Shown: one piece after another, positions 46,530 through 56,959 of the stretch | Numbering within the stretch: position 1 is the stretch's first letter | Layout: every line of letters starts with the position of its first letter | The notes under the pieces: generated by a model | Databases searched by the model: none | What the model was told of the DNA's origin: nothing | Seen by the model: only the letters and a program-made list of their open reading frames with translations | Program-made: the position numbers and the translations under genes | Origin: a virus | Lineage: Duplodnaviria > Caudoviricetes | Virus record (IMG/VR): IMGVR_UViG_3300025030_000014 | Coordinates: 1-63,715 of that record | Direction: 5' to 3' (one strand) | DNA: 63,715 bases

Positions 46530-49500
46530 TTAGGAAAGTGTAACAGGGGTAACGGAAGTAGGAGGGTTGGCAATTAGATCAGGTACGGTGACGGAGAGAG
46601 TTTCACTAGGAGCGTCGAGAAGGTTCATAGTGATATCATCTGTATTCACTGTAGCCACAATGACCTCATAATTCGTAGTCATCAGCTCTGCGGGGAGAGG
46701 AAAGCTGAAGTAGTTTCCAGTGAAAGTCCCCGCAAAGTTCCAGTCACCGAGGATAGAGTCTGTAGTAGTACGGAAGTAGCACTTGGCTTGCTTGTAGTAG
46801 ATGCTGGAAGGAGGAGTGATAATGACTTCTATGTTCTTCTGGTATTCCCCAAGAGCGTTATAGAAGTCACTCGATGTAACGGAGACAATCGTAACCTCAG
46901 GCATATCTGCTATAGGACTATACACTATGTTAGGAATATCCGAGTCGTTATAATCATAGATCTCTGCGATGTATTGAATCCCGCTGATGGTGCAGAGAAG
47001 ATCTGTAGATTGTGTAAGATCCAGCACCCTAACCTTCTCCACAACTCTATCAGTCTCCCCAATGGCATAGGAGTCTAGAGCAGAGACTGTAATCCCAGCA
47101 GTCAGAGTTATTACACTAGTAGTACCACTAAGATTCACCAGAGTAGCAGTGATGAGCGTTCCATCTTGCTTGGCTACCTTAAGCGTATACCCTGTGAGAT
47201 TCACAAAGGTGTAAGCTCTATCCAAGACTAATATAGTAGGAGAGGTAACACTCTTTATCCTCCCACCACCCAGCGCTGCTTTAAGTACACAACTCTGAAA
47301 CTCTACCACATCACCTATTGTACAGGTAATAGCGTTAAGAGGAGCTTGGAAACTAATAGTTTTCTTCAAATGCTTGTTCTTTAGAAGTTCAAACTTTGCA
47401 CTTCTATAAGCCTGACTAGCATTGGTACACCCACGGAGAGTGAGGGCTACTTTTTTCTGGGAATCAGAGAATCCACTTTCCGTTAGGGAGAACTTGTTAC
47501 TCTCGTAATTCTTCCCAGCATCTATGAACTCTACCTCCACTGCCGTAGCCCTATCCGTGAGAGAAAGGTAACTCTCCTTCACTGAGTCAAGCACATAATC
47601 TCCAGCCCCGAAGAGTTGTGTAGTAGCCGTAGTATGATCCAGCACTACCTGAATTTCATTCCCATGCCAGACTAGCCATGCTTGAGAGTTACCCGCAATT
47701 GCCAGTGCTGCTTCCCAGAGGTTGCTGATTGTATCAAACCCTCCATTGAAGGTATAACGCTTTTCTGTGCCACCTGAGATATCTACTAAGGTGTCACAGA
47801 AATCCGCCCAAGCTTTGAAACTCACATAGTCAAGCTGTGCAGGATTAATTCCCTCATATCTTATCGCAGGACTGGTAGTAGTCCAAGGAGTTATAGCCCC
47901 ATCAGGCATCAACGGCTGACTCAGCACATCATAACACACCCATGCAGGGTTGTTGTTAAAAGCATATGCCCAAGTAGTCCCTCCCCATACAGCTACCTTA
48001 CGTCCTTGGAAGATAATCTCAGGGACTAACGAGCTTACATTCTTATCCCCTGTAGCCACTACATGAGCCAACACACATCTAGGATACGTAAGCGGATCTA
48101 CCTTAGTCATATCGCCATAGGAGTTGATAGTAGTAATACTACATCCCCTAACCACCATAGCCCATCCACCTGACTGTACTTGGGTACTGGTGAGATTTAA
48201 CTTCAATATATAAGAAGTCACTGACACAGCAGGGTTAATAGCAAACTCATAGGGAATCTCAAAGGTATTAGAAGTCCTAGCCCCATACACCTTCTTCACA
48301 GGCTCAGTATACTCAGCAATCACAATAGGCTCTGTGAGACTCAGATATCTCCACGTATAAAGACTAATCATCGCAGGAATAGTAGGAGGAGCAGACTCAG
48401 CATTGGCAGAAGTGGCATATTCTACCCATCTGGTAGTGCCTACTCCCTGGACTAAGTATTCTAAAGTCTTATACTTTCCCGAAATGACATTATCACTAAT
48501 CGCTGGTATCACCGCGTACTGCCCATAAGACCATCTACGGGTAGCTCTGGTAGCTTCCTTAACTACTCCAGCAGGAACAATATCCTTACCTGTAAAGTTA
48601 ACACTATTCACAGGCTGCCAAGCATAATCACCACCAGAGAAACTAGCAGAGTCAGCTATGGAGATTTCCATTCCTACAGCTACATAGCCTTTATCAGTAT
48701 CCTCATAAAGCGTATATGCCCCATTGGGAAAGATCATGTCAAACTGGATCTTATTAATCTCCGTAGCAGGAATCTCTACAGTAATTTCTACAGAGTTAGG
48801 AGTCGGAGCAGATTTAGGACTATTGGTGAATCCTGTGAGGCTAACCGTGTGACTCGTAGCTCCAGAGTAGGAAGGGTTAGAATCAAACTCACTTTGGGTG
48901 ATGTATCCAAGTCGATAATCAGTCTCAAGACTAGAAGAACTTAGCGCCCCAGGAATTGTAATACTAGTAATACTCTCCCAAGGGCCAAGACCTAGTGAGA
49001 ATACTACATCGTAGAATGTGGCCAACTGATTCTGTGTTAACACCTTATCATTCTTATACGCATTAATCGCATTAGCCGCTTTAAGCTTGAAATACCCATA
49101 CCACATAGGGTAAGGGAGTCCTTGCTGCTGAGTGGCTACAGGGTCGATGCTGTATGCAGAATACGTAGGAGCCTTCTCAGCCTCAGGATATGGCAACAAC
49201 TTATTCACCAGCATCCCGCCGATGATATTCGTCGCAGTCATACCTGCTATAGCCATCATGGTGGAGCCAGTGGTGATGGTGCCCATACCTACTGAAGTAC
49301 TAACAGCCATAGTCGTCGGGCCAAGCATAGCCCCTACACCCATCGAGGCAATACTCACCCCAATAAGTGCCATCATCCTGACGTTAGACTTCTCATCTCC
49401 ATTCTGGCCACCACCAGCGATACTAGGTTGAATGACTACCAGATCAGTATCAGTAGGGAAAGTCTGGGGCCATAGCTCCTCTTCCAGAGCTATGCCATTC

Positions 49501-49634
49501 AGACGTACCTCCCACTTCCCCTCTCCCAACTCTGCTTCCACCAGATCGGCAATACTACCAAGAAAGATAAACTCCTCAGAAGTATCCACCCGCCCATCCT
49601 CAAAAACATTCTCTATTCTCTTCAACCTTGCCAT
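46530..49634 (-). CDS. Central tail-tip/host-specificity protein (lambda gpI+gpJ-like)
   Basis: N-terminal ubiquitin-like part, QGLPYPMWYG, LGLGP, NNPAW..YD, FNG.FD, GCTN.SQA.R, GDVV. Confidence 0.85.
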   Translation of the reverse strand: MARLKRIENVFEDGRVDTSEEFIFLGSIADLVEAELGEGKWEVRLNGIALEEELWPQTFPTDTDLVVIQPSIAGGGQNGDEKSNVRMMALIGVSIASMGVGAMLGPTTMAVSTSVGMGTITTGSTMMAIAGMTATNIIGGMLVNKLLPYPEAEKAPTYSAYSIDPVATQQQGLPYPMWYGYFKLKAANAINAYKNDKVLTQNQLATFYDVVFSLGLGPWESITSITIPGALSSSSLETDYRLGYITQSEFDSNPSYSGATSHTVSLTGFTNSPKSAPTPNSVEITVEIPATEINKIQFDMIFPNGAYTLYEDTDKGYVAVGMEISIADSASFSGGDYAWQPVNSVNFTGKDIVPAGVVKEATRATRRWSYGQYAVIPAISDNVISGKYKTLEYLVQGVGTTRWVEYATSANAESAPPTIPAMISLYTWRYLSLTEPIVIAEYTEPVKKVYGARTSNTFEIPYEFAINPAVSVTSYILKLNLTSTQVQSGGWAMVVRGCSITTINSYGDMTKVDPLTYPRCVLAHVVATGDKNVSSLVPEIIFQGRKVAVWGGTTWAYAFNNNPAWVCYDVLSQPLMPDGAITPWTTTSPAIRYEGINPAQLDYVSFKAWADFCDTLVDISGGTEKRYTFNGGFDTISNLWEAALAIAGNSQAWLVWHGNEIQVVLDHTTATTQLFGAGDYVLDSVKESYLSLTDRATAVEVEFIDAGKNYESNKFSLTESGFSDSQKKVALTLRGCTNASQAYRSAKFELLKNKHLKKTISFQAPLNAITCTIGDVVEFQSCVLKAALGGGRIKSVTSPTILVLDRAYTFVNLTGYTLKVAKQDGTLITATLVNLSGTTSVITLTAGITVSALDSYAIGETDRVVEKVRVLDLTQSTDLLCTISGIQYIAEIYDYNDSDIPNIVYSPIADMPEVTIVSVTSSDFYNALGEYQKNIEVIITPPSSIYYKQAKCYFRTTTDSILGDWNFAGTFTGNYFSFPLPAELMTTNYEVIVATVNTDDITMNLLDAPSETLSVTVPDLIANPPTSVTPVTLS

Positions 49635-49996
49635 TGGTAGAATCCTCTCACTTTATTAACCCAAGGATCTTTGTCAAATCGCTCTATGGTAACTCTGGTA
49701 TTGTGCATGATATGTATAAACCTATTATACTCCAGCACAACACCTACGTGATTTACATAAGGATGGACTAGGGAGAAAGCTACTAGGCAGTACAACTCAG
49801 GAGCTTCTAACTTCTTCCACCGCCTAGCTTCTTCCTCTATCAGCCCATCTATATCTCTTGGGGTAGTATAACTCACTTTGGGAGGAAAGTAAATATCTAC
49901 TCGCCTCCCAACTTCCCTAGCAAGTCCATAGCAGTCATAGGCATCGGGGCCTCGCGCGCCATAGAGGAATTCTTTACCTAGCAAGTCAGAGAACAT
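49622..49996 (-). CDS. NlpC/P60 tail-tip protein (gpK-like)
   Basis: GARGPDAYDCYGL, HVGV, FIH. Confidence 0.85.
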   Translation of the reverse strand: MFSDLLGKEFLYGARGPDAYDCYGLAREVGRRVDIYFPPKVSYTTPRDIDGLIEEEARRWKKLEAPELYCLVAFSLVHPYVNHVGVVLEYNRFIHIMHNTRVTIERFDKDPWVNKVRGFYQWQG

Positions 49997-50622
49997 TACA
50001 CTATCCTTACTTCTGGGTTGTAGAGTCCTGGAAAGCCTCCGAAGTTAGAGGTGTTGCTATAGTCTTGGCATTGCTGCCATGTGCCGTTGCAGGTAGAAGC
50101 AGCTCCAGCGTACTTGCATTCAGCACCCTTGAAGTTCTGCACAAAGTTACAGTAATGTGCCATATAGACGTAGAGAGGGAAGCGTTGCCGGAGGGGATTG
50201 CTACTCCCTAGTGTCCAACTCACCCAATAATTATCCACCCCTGCATCGAGGATAGTAAAGGTGCGCTGAAGCTCTGCGTAGTTCTCTGTGAGATGCTCAG
50301 AGGAGACTAAGGTGAAGACTACAGTTCCACCTACACCTCCATTATACTCCCGTAGGATCTGATTAAAGGTGTTAGCAATATTACTAACACGAATGCCTAG
50401 TGAGGGAATATCTCCCTTACTCGTCCAACTACTTGTATCTATCTCCATCGGGAAAGCCGTATAAGTCTCTCCTCCAAATACTACATCTTCGTTATTCTTA
50501 GCCAGCCGAATAACTATATCACTCGGACTGGCAGGAATCGTAACCTCCAACAGTACTATCCAAGCACTGTTGGAGGAGAGCTTGTTCTTCTCTGCTATAA
50601 GCGTCGAGGAAAGATTCAGCAT
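49996..50622 (-). CDS. Minor tail protein L-like
   Basis: Four-Cys C-terminal motif C...FKG.EC.Y....C......C and FGGFPG. Confidence 0.85.
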   Translation of the reverse strand: MLNLSSTLIAEKNKLSSNSAWIVLLEVTIPASPSDIVIRLAKNNEDVVFGGETYTAFPMEIDTSSWTSKGDIPSLGIRVSNIANTFNQILREYNGGVGGTVVFTLVSSEHLTENYAELQRTFTILDAGVDNYWVSWTLGSSNPLRQRFPLYVYMAHYCNFVQNFKGAECKYAGAASTCNGTWQQCQDYSNTSNFGGFPGLYNPEVRIV

Positions 50623-50623
50623 G

Positions 50624-50956
50624 TTACACCTCTTTCAGCATTATATCGCTTACCTTGAACCAGCCACTAAGAGCACGAGTGAAGGAGAGAGGGGAATCAT
50701 AGAAGACAGTGAAGCTAGCGCCATCCAAATCCGTCCAGCTAAAGCTAGTATGAGTCCCGACAGTATCAAAGTGAGTTTTGAGGAGTTCTTTATCAGTAGT
50801 ATTAAGTAGATCATACTGAACTTTAAAAGTCCTTCTCACTCTAGTAAAGCGTGGTCTCCGAAACTCATACCCTGCTTCTAACGAATGCCCTATCTTATTA
50901 TCCTCATTACTCGTCTCTACATCTATAGCTCTTCTACCTAATGTCGGAAAGGCCAT
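50624..50956 (-). CDS. Distal tail protein (gpM-like)
   Basis: Follows TMP; GYEFRRPRF..RRTF.V.Y and FSWTD pattern. Confidence 0.75.
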   Translation of the reverse strand: MAFPTLGRRAIDVETSNEDNKIGHSLEAGYEFRRPRFTRVRRTFKVQYDLLNTTDKELLKTHFDTVGTHTSFSWTDLDGASFTVFYDSPLSFTRALSGWFKVSDIMLKEV

Positions 50957-50961
50957 CTCTA

Positions 50962-53820
50962 CTATCCTCTCATTGAGCTTCTAAAGCTCGGATTGGTTGA
51001 CATTTGCTTGACTATGATAGAGGTTACATACTTCTCACCATCGAAGGACATGCCGGATTGAGTAGCGGTTAGAGGGACGCTGGATTCATTTGTGAAGTTG
51101 ATAGTGACGTTAGGTGCACCAGAGCTGCCATAATCCTTACTCTCTTTATTACTCAACACTCTCTCTGGCCCACGCTCTGCGAAGGAATAGGAAGCTCCAG
51201 AGTTTTGTCCAATGCCAAAGACTGGCTCATTAATCATCCCACCAGCATAGTTGGGATAAGTTGCCCAGTTTATACCTAGATCAGCAGGAGTTCCACCACC
51301 AGTATAGTTAGCACTTCCCATACCAGTATACGCCGAAGCAGCACCTCCGAACATCTTCCCCATAATCCCTACTGCATTATCTCTAAACTGCATCTCCATC
51401 ATTGCACTGAACCACTCACTAACCATATCACTGAGCATGGAGGAGAAGGAGTCTTGGATGCTTTTCAGGACTCCTGTGAAGAGTTGTCCGAAGCTGGTGA
51501 TCTCATGGTTGAATACACTTGTGAAAAGTCCTTTAAAGCTACTCCCTAAATACGTTCCAAAAGAATCAAACGAGAGGTTCATCTTAGCTAGCTCAAAGTC
51601 CCAATTAGTGGAAATTCTCTTCTGTTCTGCAAGGACTAACTCAGTCGCAGTCTTATACTCCTCAGCTGTCATCTTCATAGGGAAGAAATCTGTCACAGCT
51701 GCTTGAGCTTTGATATTAGCCAGTAGAGCTTCTCTATTTATCCTAGCATCTAAATCCCCAGTATACTGCTTCTGCGCAGCTATAATAGCATTCCAATACT
51801 CAATCTCACTAGATCCCCAATCTCTAACTCTCTCAGGTGGCCCCATATCATCAGCAGCGAATCTCAACTTCCAGCCTGCTTGGAAGTCCATCATCATAGC
51901 CTCTAATTCCCCAGTAGAGAAATAATCCTTCACTTGTGCATAGAGGTCATATGTCAGCTGGTCTACAAAAGTAGTAGCCATTGAGGTAGCTGCTGCTTTG
52001 GTACCTTTATCGTCTCCATCTTTATCGGGAGCAAGAAGACCTGTAAGAGCTTTATGTGCTTTTTGTTGCATTGCTAATGTTGGACCTGTATAATCATCTG
52101 TCATTACTAAACTTGTACCAACTGCAAAATTCTCTAAGCCCTTTAATATAATCTTTCCCTCATCTACTAGTCCTTGAATTACATTCAATCCAGCTTCTTT
52201 AGCGTCTTCTAAAGCACCTAGAGATTTAAAAGTTTTAAATGCCCCTGCAAAATCTTTAGTTATTAATTGAGCCATACCAGTAGCAAATTTACTTAAATCC
52301 TCTCGTCCCATTCTGATAATAGAGTTTTTGATGTCTACAAGTAATTCCCATAAGATAAGAAATGGTTTAATTACACCACCATAGACTATTTGACCTATGC
52401 CAAGGAGAGTTAATCCCCAATCCTTAGTCCATTCCCAAGCTTTAAAGAATACTTTATAGATTTGAAGTCCAAATTCTGTGAGATTTCCAGAAACATTAAA
52501 TAACTTTCCATTGAAATCAGTAAGCCCTTTAAGCCAGATGTCATAGAGTCCAGTAGCATCTAATGCCATTGCAGAGATAACACTGAGAGAAGCTTTAAGT
52601 ACAGTATGCTGAACCTCTAGATTAGCATTAGCGGCCTTGAGAGAAGGAGCCATTTTAAACATCTCAGCATTTAACTTTTCCCACATCTGCTGGGTAGTAC
52701 CACCTTCTTTACGGATTCTCTCTAGTGCTCCTCGCAGTTCAGGCATAGAGTTCTTAATCATAAGTCCAAACTGTTCCGAGAGTCGTGTCTGTCCAGTAAA
52801 GAAACTTTGCAACTCTTGTCTAATCTGCTTAGTATCCCCCTTCAAGTTACTCGCAATTTCCTGAACAATCTTCATGCTTGCAATAGATTGTTCCAGATTA
52901 TCATTATCTATCACAACCCCAAACTGAGCAAGTTCCCTTGCACCAGTCATGAATTGTTCCATTGTGAGTCCATATTGCGGAAGTAGTACCATCGCGCGAC
53001 TTAATGTAGTCTGGAAGTTATTGAAGTAATTAGTATAGTTCTCGGTGAAGTCTTTTCCATTCTTAGTGACTAGCGCCAGCATACCAGCAACCATAGCACC
53101 AGAGCTACGGATGTCGTCCATTACTTTTATCCCACCAGCAAAGATCTGAAAGAAATAAGTAGCTGCCTGAGTTACAGCTCTAATACCTCCATAGATTACT
53201 CCAAAACCTATACCAATGCGACCAAAGTGATTCCACCAGTTGGAGAATACATCTTGGATTTGCTGACTAGGAGTTAGGAATGCCTTAGCACCTCCAGCAG
53301 CTGAGTGGAGGTTCTTAGTGAGTGTAGTAATCCCAGAGTTGATCTTAGCTAAAGTACTCTCATTCCAACTTCTCATAATAGAGTTAGTTGTAAAAGGAGT
53401 ATAATTAGAAGTCTGTCCACCAAGAGGAGTAGACCCTTTAGACATTTTATTAAAACCAGAGCTGGTTCTTTGTGCAGACATACTAGCTACTACTTTAGCC
53501 CTCAAAGCAGCAGCTGACATTTTCTCTATTTCTTTAGTGGTCTTAACATACTCGTGCTGAAGTTTAACTAATCCTTGTATAGCATCACGATAAGTATTAA
53601 TATTCCCTAAAGCCTGTTTAGCTGTTTGGGCCTTTTTAATAGTCTCAGCAATAGCAGGATTAACATCAGTCCAGCTTTTGGCATATCTATTCAGTGTAGC
53701 TTTACTAGAAATAAGGCTACTATCAAGCTTAGTCAGTTCGTTAGTAACCCGATCTAACTGCCTGATATTCTCCTTCAGTCCTTTTATATCAAATGTAGCC
53801 TCTACATTACCAACATTCAT
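50962..53820 (-). CDS. Tape measure protein
   Basis: 952-aa helical protein after the chaperones; C-terminal YAGGMINEP...AERGPERVL. Confidence 0.85.
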   Translation of the reverse strand: MNVGNVEATFDIKGLKENIRQLDRVTNELTKLDSSLISSKATLNRYAKSWTDVNPAIAETIKKAQTAKQALGNINTYRDAIQGLVKLQHEYVKTTKEIEKMSAAALRAKVVASMSAQRTSSGFNKMSKGSTPLGGQTSNYTPFTTNSIMRSWNESTLAKINSGITTLTKNLHSAAGGAKAFLTPSQQIQDVFSNWWNHFGRIGIGFGVIYGGIRAVTQAATYFFQIFAGGIKVMDDIRSSGAMVAGMLALVTKNGKDFTENYTNYFNNFQTTLSRAMVLLPQYGLTMEQFMTGARELAQFGVVIDNDNLEQSIASMKIVQEIASNLKGDTKQIRQELQSFFTGQTRLSEQFGLMIKNSMPELRGALERIRKEGGTTQQMWEKLNAEMFKMAPSLKAANANLEVQHTVLKASLSVISAMALDATGLYDIWLKGLTDFNGKLFNVSGNLTEFGLQIYKVFFKAWEWTKDWGLTLLGIGQIVYGGVIKPFLILWELLVDIKNSIIRMGREDLSKFATGMAQLITKDFAGAFKTFKSLGALEDAKEAGLNVIQGLVDEGKIILKGLENFAVGTSLVMTDDYTGPTLAMQQKAHKALTGLLAPDKDGDDKGTKAAATSMATTFVDQLTYDLYAQVKDYFSTGELEAMMMDFQAGWKLRFAADDMGPPERVRDWGSSEIEYWNAIIAAQKQYTGDLDARINREALLANIKAQAAVTDFFPMKMTAEEYKTATELVLAEQKRISTNWDFELAKMNLSFDSFGTYLGSSFKGLFTSVFNHEITSFGQLFTGVLKSIQDSFSSMLSDMVSEWFSAMMEMQFRDNAVGIMGKMFGGAASAYTGMGSANYTGGGTPADLGINWATYPNYAGGMINEPVFGIGQNSGASYSFAERGPERVLSNKESKDYGSSGAPNVTINFTNESSVPLTATQSGMSFDGEKYVTSIIVKQMSTNPSFRSSMRG

Positions 53821-53824
53821 ATCC

Positions 53825-54169
53825 CTAACTCCTTCCTCGTAGCATATCCCACGTAGAGTCTATCTTCTTCTGATCTACAGCTTTGGTGATTGTATAAGGA
53901 TTCAACAACTCATTAAACCCTTTATTCAACTTCGCTTGTTCACTTTTGTCTACTTCCCCGAACCTCGGCATCATGTTCACCAAGAGTAGAGTCCTGTAGG
54001 CTCTTTGCCTCTGTGCTTCTTTAAACAGCACTTCTAACTGAGAAGGTAAAAAAGAAGCGAGTTCTTCCAGTTTATACTGTGAGAACTCGCTTGCAATTGC
54101 TCCTATTAGAAATAGTTTCCTATCATCTAATTCAGTTATTTCGAGGAGAACAAGCTCTCGGACAAAAAA
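53825..54169 (-). CDS. Tail assembly chaperone T (via -1 frameshift)
   Basis: The -1 frame is open from the slippery T-TTT-TTG (54163-54169) to the stop at 53825. Confidence 0.7.
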   Translation of the reverse strand, partial: FFVRELVLLEITELDDRKLFLIGAIASEFSQYKLEELASFLPSQLEVLFKEAQRQRAYRTLLLVNMMPRFGEVDKSEQAKLNKGFNELLNPYTITKAVDQKKIDSTWDMLRGRS

Positions 54170-54414
54170 TCAAGAGCACCTTTGAGTTCTACGAGGCCGA
54201 TGGAAGCGAGGTCTTCAGTAGAGAAGCTGCACATAGAGGCGACAACTTCTCTAATCGGCCCAGCTCCAGTACGTTCATCCTTCCCCAGTGCATCCATGAG
54301 AGTCATCGTCTCATCTTTAATCTCACAAACCACAGCCGTCTTTCCATTAGAGAAGGTGATACTTGCACTCTTCTCTTCAAGAAACTTGCCACCGTTGAAG
54401 ACCTTCATAGCCAT
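54136..54414 (-). CDS. Tail assembly chaperone G
   Basis: Lies between tail tube and TMP; slippery site near its 3' end. Confidence 0.75.
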   Translation of the reverse strand: MAMKVFNGGKFLEEKSASITFSNGKTAVVCEIKDETMTLMDALGKDERTGAGPIREVVASMCSFSTEDLASIGLVELKGALDFLSESLFSSK

Positions 54415-54444
54415 TGCTCTTTCTACGCGTCTGCGTGTTAGGGG

Positions 54445-55194
54445 TTAAGAAGTTGAAGTATCATCACCGAAGAAGTAGGTGACTGTCTTAGCTGTAGCTC
54501 CAGTACCTACTCCCCAGTTAGCTGTGATACTTTTCGGGAAACATTTAAACTTAGTAGCCATGACTCTCTGATTATCCGCATCGTAGGACAATTCAATATT
54601 CCCTACTGGAGCAGCCAGAGGGAGAATGATACGATCAGCGAGGTCAGTAGAAGCTGCGCCACTTACATACTTAATAAGCTGCAACTCTTTATCATCTGCC
54701 AGCAGAGAAGTACCTACGTTATTCTCCCCAAGTACCCCAGCAGCTGCCCCAAAGGTAGATTGGTGCAGGACTTTAGAGAGAAGCTCGAAGCTAATCTCAG
54801 CGAAGGAGCACTCTACTTCGACTGTCGTTCCTGTAATGATGGTGTCCTCAGCAGCAGTGCCATACTGATCGGATTTAAGATCCACACTCTCATCAGAGAT
54901 ACGAAGAGTTACCCCTCCTTGAGTTTTACCAAGATCAGTGAGTCCTACAGACAGCACAGTCCAAGTAATCCCATCATCAGTGATGGTAGATCCAACTGTC
55001 TTACCAGTCAGATCAGGAGAAGAAGCAGCAGAGCTACCTCCATCAGTAGTGACTTCAGCGAGAAGAGAGATAGCAGGAGAGGCGTCAGTGATGACTCGTT
55101 TATCTCCAAGTGCATAGTTCGTGAGTGCTGCCCATGCAGTGCCTCTTACCGCAATCCCATACATAACCTGACAAGGCCCTAATTCTAATGCCAT
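54445..55194 (-). CDS. Tail tube protein paralogue 2 with about 68-aa inserted domain
   Basis: Aligns over its full length with 55204-55755 except for an insertion after residue 15. Confidence 0.8.
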   Translation of the reverse strand: MALELGPCQVMYGIAVRGTAWAALTNYALGDKRVITDASPAISLLAEVTTDGGSSAASSPDLTGKTVGSTITDDGITWTVLSVGLTDLGKTQGGVTLRISDESVDLKSDQYGTAAEDTIITGTTVEVECSFAEISFELLSKVLHQSTFGAAAGVLGENNVGTSLLADDKELQLIKYVSGAASTDLADRIILPLAAPVGNIELSYDADNQRVMATKFKCFPKSITANWGVGTGATAKTVTYFFGDDTSTS

Positions 55195-55203
55195 AAAGCC
55201 TCC

Positions 55204-55755
55204 TTAGGAAGTAGCAGCTTCATTACCGAAGTAATAAGTAACTGTCTTAACAAGATCTCCACTAGTACCCCATTTGGCAGTGACAGCTTTGGGGAAGCAT
55301 TTAAACTTGGCAGGAATGACACGTTGGTTATCTGCGTCATAGGCAAGCTCTAAGTTACCTAACGGCGCTGCAAGAGGAAAGACTATCCGATCCACAGCGG
55401 AGCTAGAAACAGCCCCATTGACATACTTAGTCAGAACAAGAGATTGTCCAGCAGTTTTCAGACTAGTCCCGACGTTATTCTCACCAAGAAGTCCACCAGT
55501 AGAGGCACTACCATACGTAGATTGGTTGAGGATCTGAGCAATCAGCGCAAAGCTAAGCTCCGCAAAATTACACTCCACTTCCACATTAGTGCCAGTGATA
55601 ATAGTATCTTCTGCTGAAGTCCCATACTGGTCACTCTTCAGGTCTACGGAATCATCCACAATCCTGACAGTAACCCCACCTTGAGTCTTTCCCAGGGACA
55701 CTTCTGCCCCTGCCGTACCAAACTTTACTTCACAAGGGCCGAGTTCGAGAGCCAT
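55204..55755 (-). CDS. Major tail tube protein
   Basis: LGPC.V.FG...LGKTQGGV...DQYG...AELS motif; position after the neck genes. Confidence 0.85.
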   Translation of the reverse strand: MALELGPCEVKFGTAGAEVSLGKTQGGVTVRIVDDSVDLKSDQYGTSAEDTIITGTNVEVECNFAELSFALIAQILNQSTYGSASTGGLLGENNVGTSLKTAGQSLVLTKYVNGAVSSSAVDRIVFPLAAPLGNLELAYDADNQRVIPAKFKCFPKAVTAKWGTSGDLVKTVTYYFGNEAATS

Positions 55756-55769
55756 AGTTATACTCCTTC

Positions 55770-56135
55770 TTAAGTTGTGTAGAAACCAATGTTACAAAAG
55801 AACACAGCGTTGAGGTGTTCGTCATAGCCGATGAATTGAGGTGTAGCTACTGGAACTGCGTTAAATATAACAGATCCGTCAGAGAATGTACAGCCTTTGT
55901 AGGAGAAGAGGGAGAATAGTACGTTGATGAAAGTATCTCCGGTGATATAGTCAGGGGAGATGTGCCTTATCTCTATGATCTTGCGTTTCATGCCGGATTC
56001 GTTCAAGGCTCCTGCATGTTCATAGATCACAGTACCAGTTTGTTTCTCTACTGGAATGCGGCCTATGTAGAGCGTTGTGCCTACTACTAGGGAAGCGTTT
56101 GTAGCTATGTAATCTGCCAGTCCTTTGATGAACAT
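55770..56135 (-). CDS. Tail terminator (minor capsid 3-like)
   Basis: LYIGRIP...PQFIGYDE...F..N pattern and position. Confidence 0.7.
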   Translation of the reverse strand: MFIKGLADYIATNASLVVGTTLYIGRIPVEKQTGTVIYEHAGALNESGMKRKIIEIRHISPDYITGDTFINVLFSLFSYKGCTFSDGSVIFNAVPVATPQFIGYDEHLNAVFFCNIGFYTT

Positions 56136-56136
56136 C

Positions 56137-56673
56137 TTATCTCCTCCTTATCGGAGCGGAACTGCTTAATGCAAATCTAGCAATCTCTGTGAATTTCCTT
56201 CCAAAGATAGGAAGTTTAGAACTCACAAATAATGGCCCTGAACCTGGCTCTCTAGGTTTATAAACTCCATTGTGCATTTGATTAGCATAGTCAGTCTTAA
56301 ACACCACTGAGACGGTATCTCTAAAGGAAGTAAGTGGAGCACCTCCCATTTGAGTAGCACCTTGTCTAGCTCTACTCCGAAAGGATTCCAGATGAGATCC
56401 TCCTGAAGCAGTCTTGCGGCCGTAGACTAGATCATTTGCAGAGGCTCTGGGGTTCTGACCATACTCCCCAAAGTCTTCTGTGGTAGTTACGAGTCTGGTG
56501 CCTACGTAGGCAGCACCAGAGTTCCTAAGATCTCCTGAGTCCCAAGGCGGCGTAGGCTCATCTTCTAAGCAACTCTGTAACAAAGCATAAGCAGTCTGCT
56601 CAGGCATATTAGAAAGGGAACTTTGCAACCTCTTTATCCCCTGCAATACCCCTGCAACATAACTCTTAGCCAT
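56137..56673 (-). CDS. Neck/tail-completion protein (HK97 gp10-like)
   Basis: PPWDSGDLRNS...YA..MH...GPLFV. Confidence 0.7.
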   Translation of the reverse strand: MAKSYVAGVLQGIKRLQSSLSNMPEQTAYALLQSCLEDEPTPPWDSGDLRNSGAAYVGTRLVTTTEDFGEYGQNPRASANDLVYGRKTASGGSHLESFRSRARQGATQMGGAPLTSFRDTVSVVFKTDYANQMHNGVYKPREPGSGPLFVSSKLPIFGRKFTEIARFALSSSAPIRRR

Positions 56674-56959
56674 AAGTCACCTCGTAATGATGAAATTCCC
56701 CTTCTACCACTAGCTTCTCCAACCTTGCAATCTTATACTCAACATTATCCACCTTGATCCCCATAGAAGGAAGGAGAGTAAGGGAAGTAGAGGTGTAGAA
56801 AGTCCCCTTACCGAGGAGTACAGTAGCCCCACTGATAGACCTAAACACATCACTTCTATCAATAACACCTTTACAACTGAACTCATAAGGAAGAGTAATC
56901 TGTCCATAAGCATCAATCGCGTACTCTACAAGAAACGCCTCTTCATTCTCAGGGATCAT
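56666..56959 (-). CDS. Head closure protein
   Basis: DAYG...DNVEYKI...HHYEV pattern and position. Confidence 0.6.
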   Translation of the reverse strand: MIPENEEAFLVEYAIDAYGQITLPYEFSCKGVIDRSDVFRSISGATVLLGKGTFYTSTSLTLLPSMGIKVDNVEYKIARLEKLVVEGEFHHYEVTYG

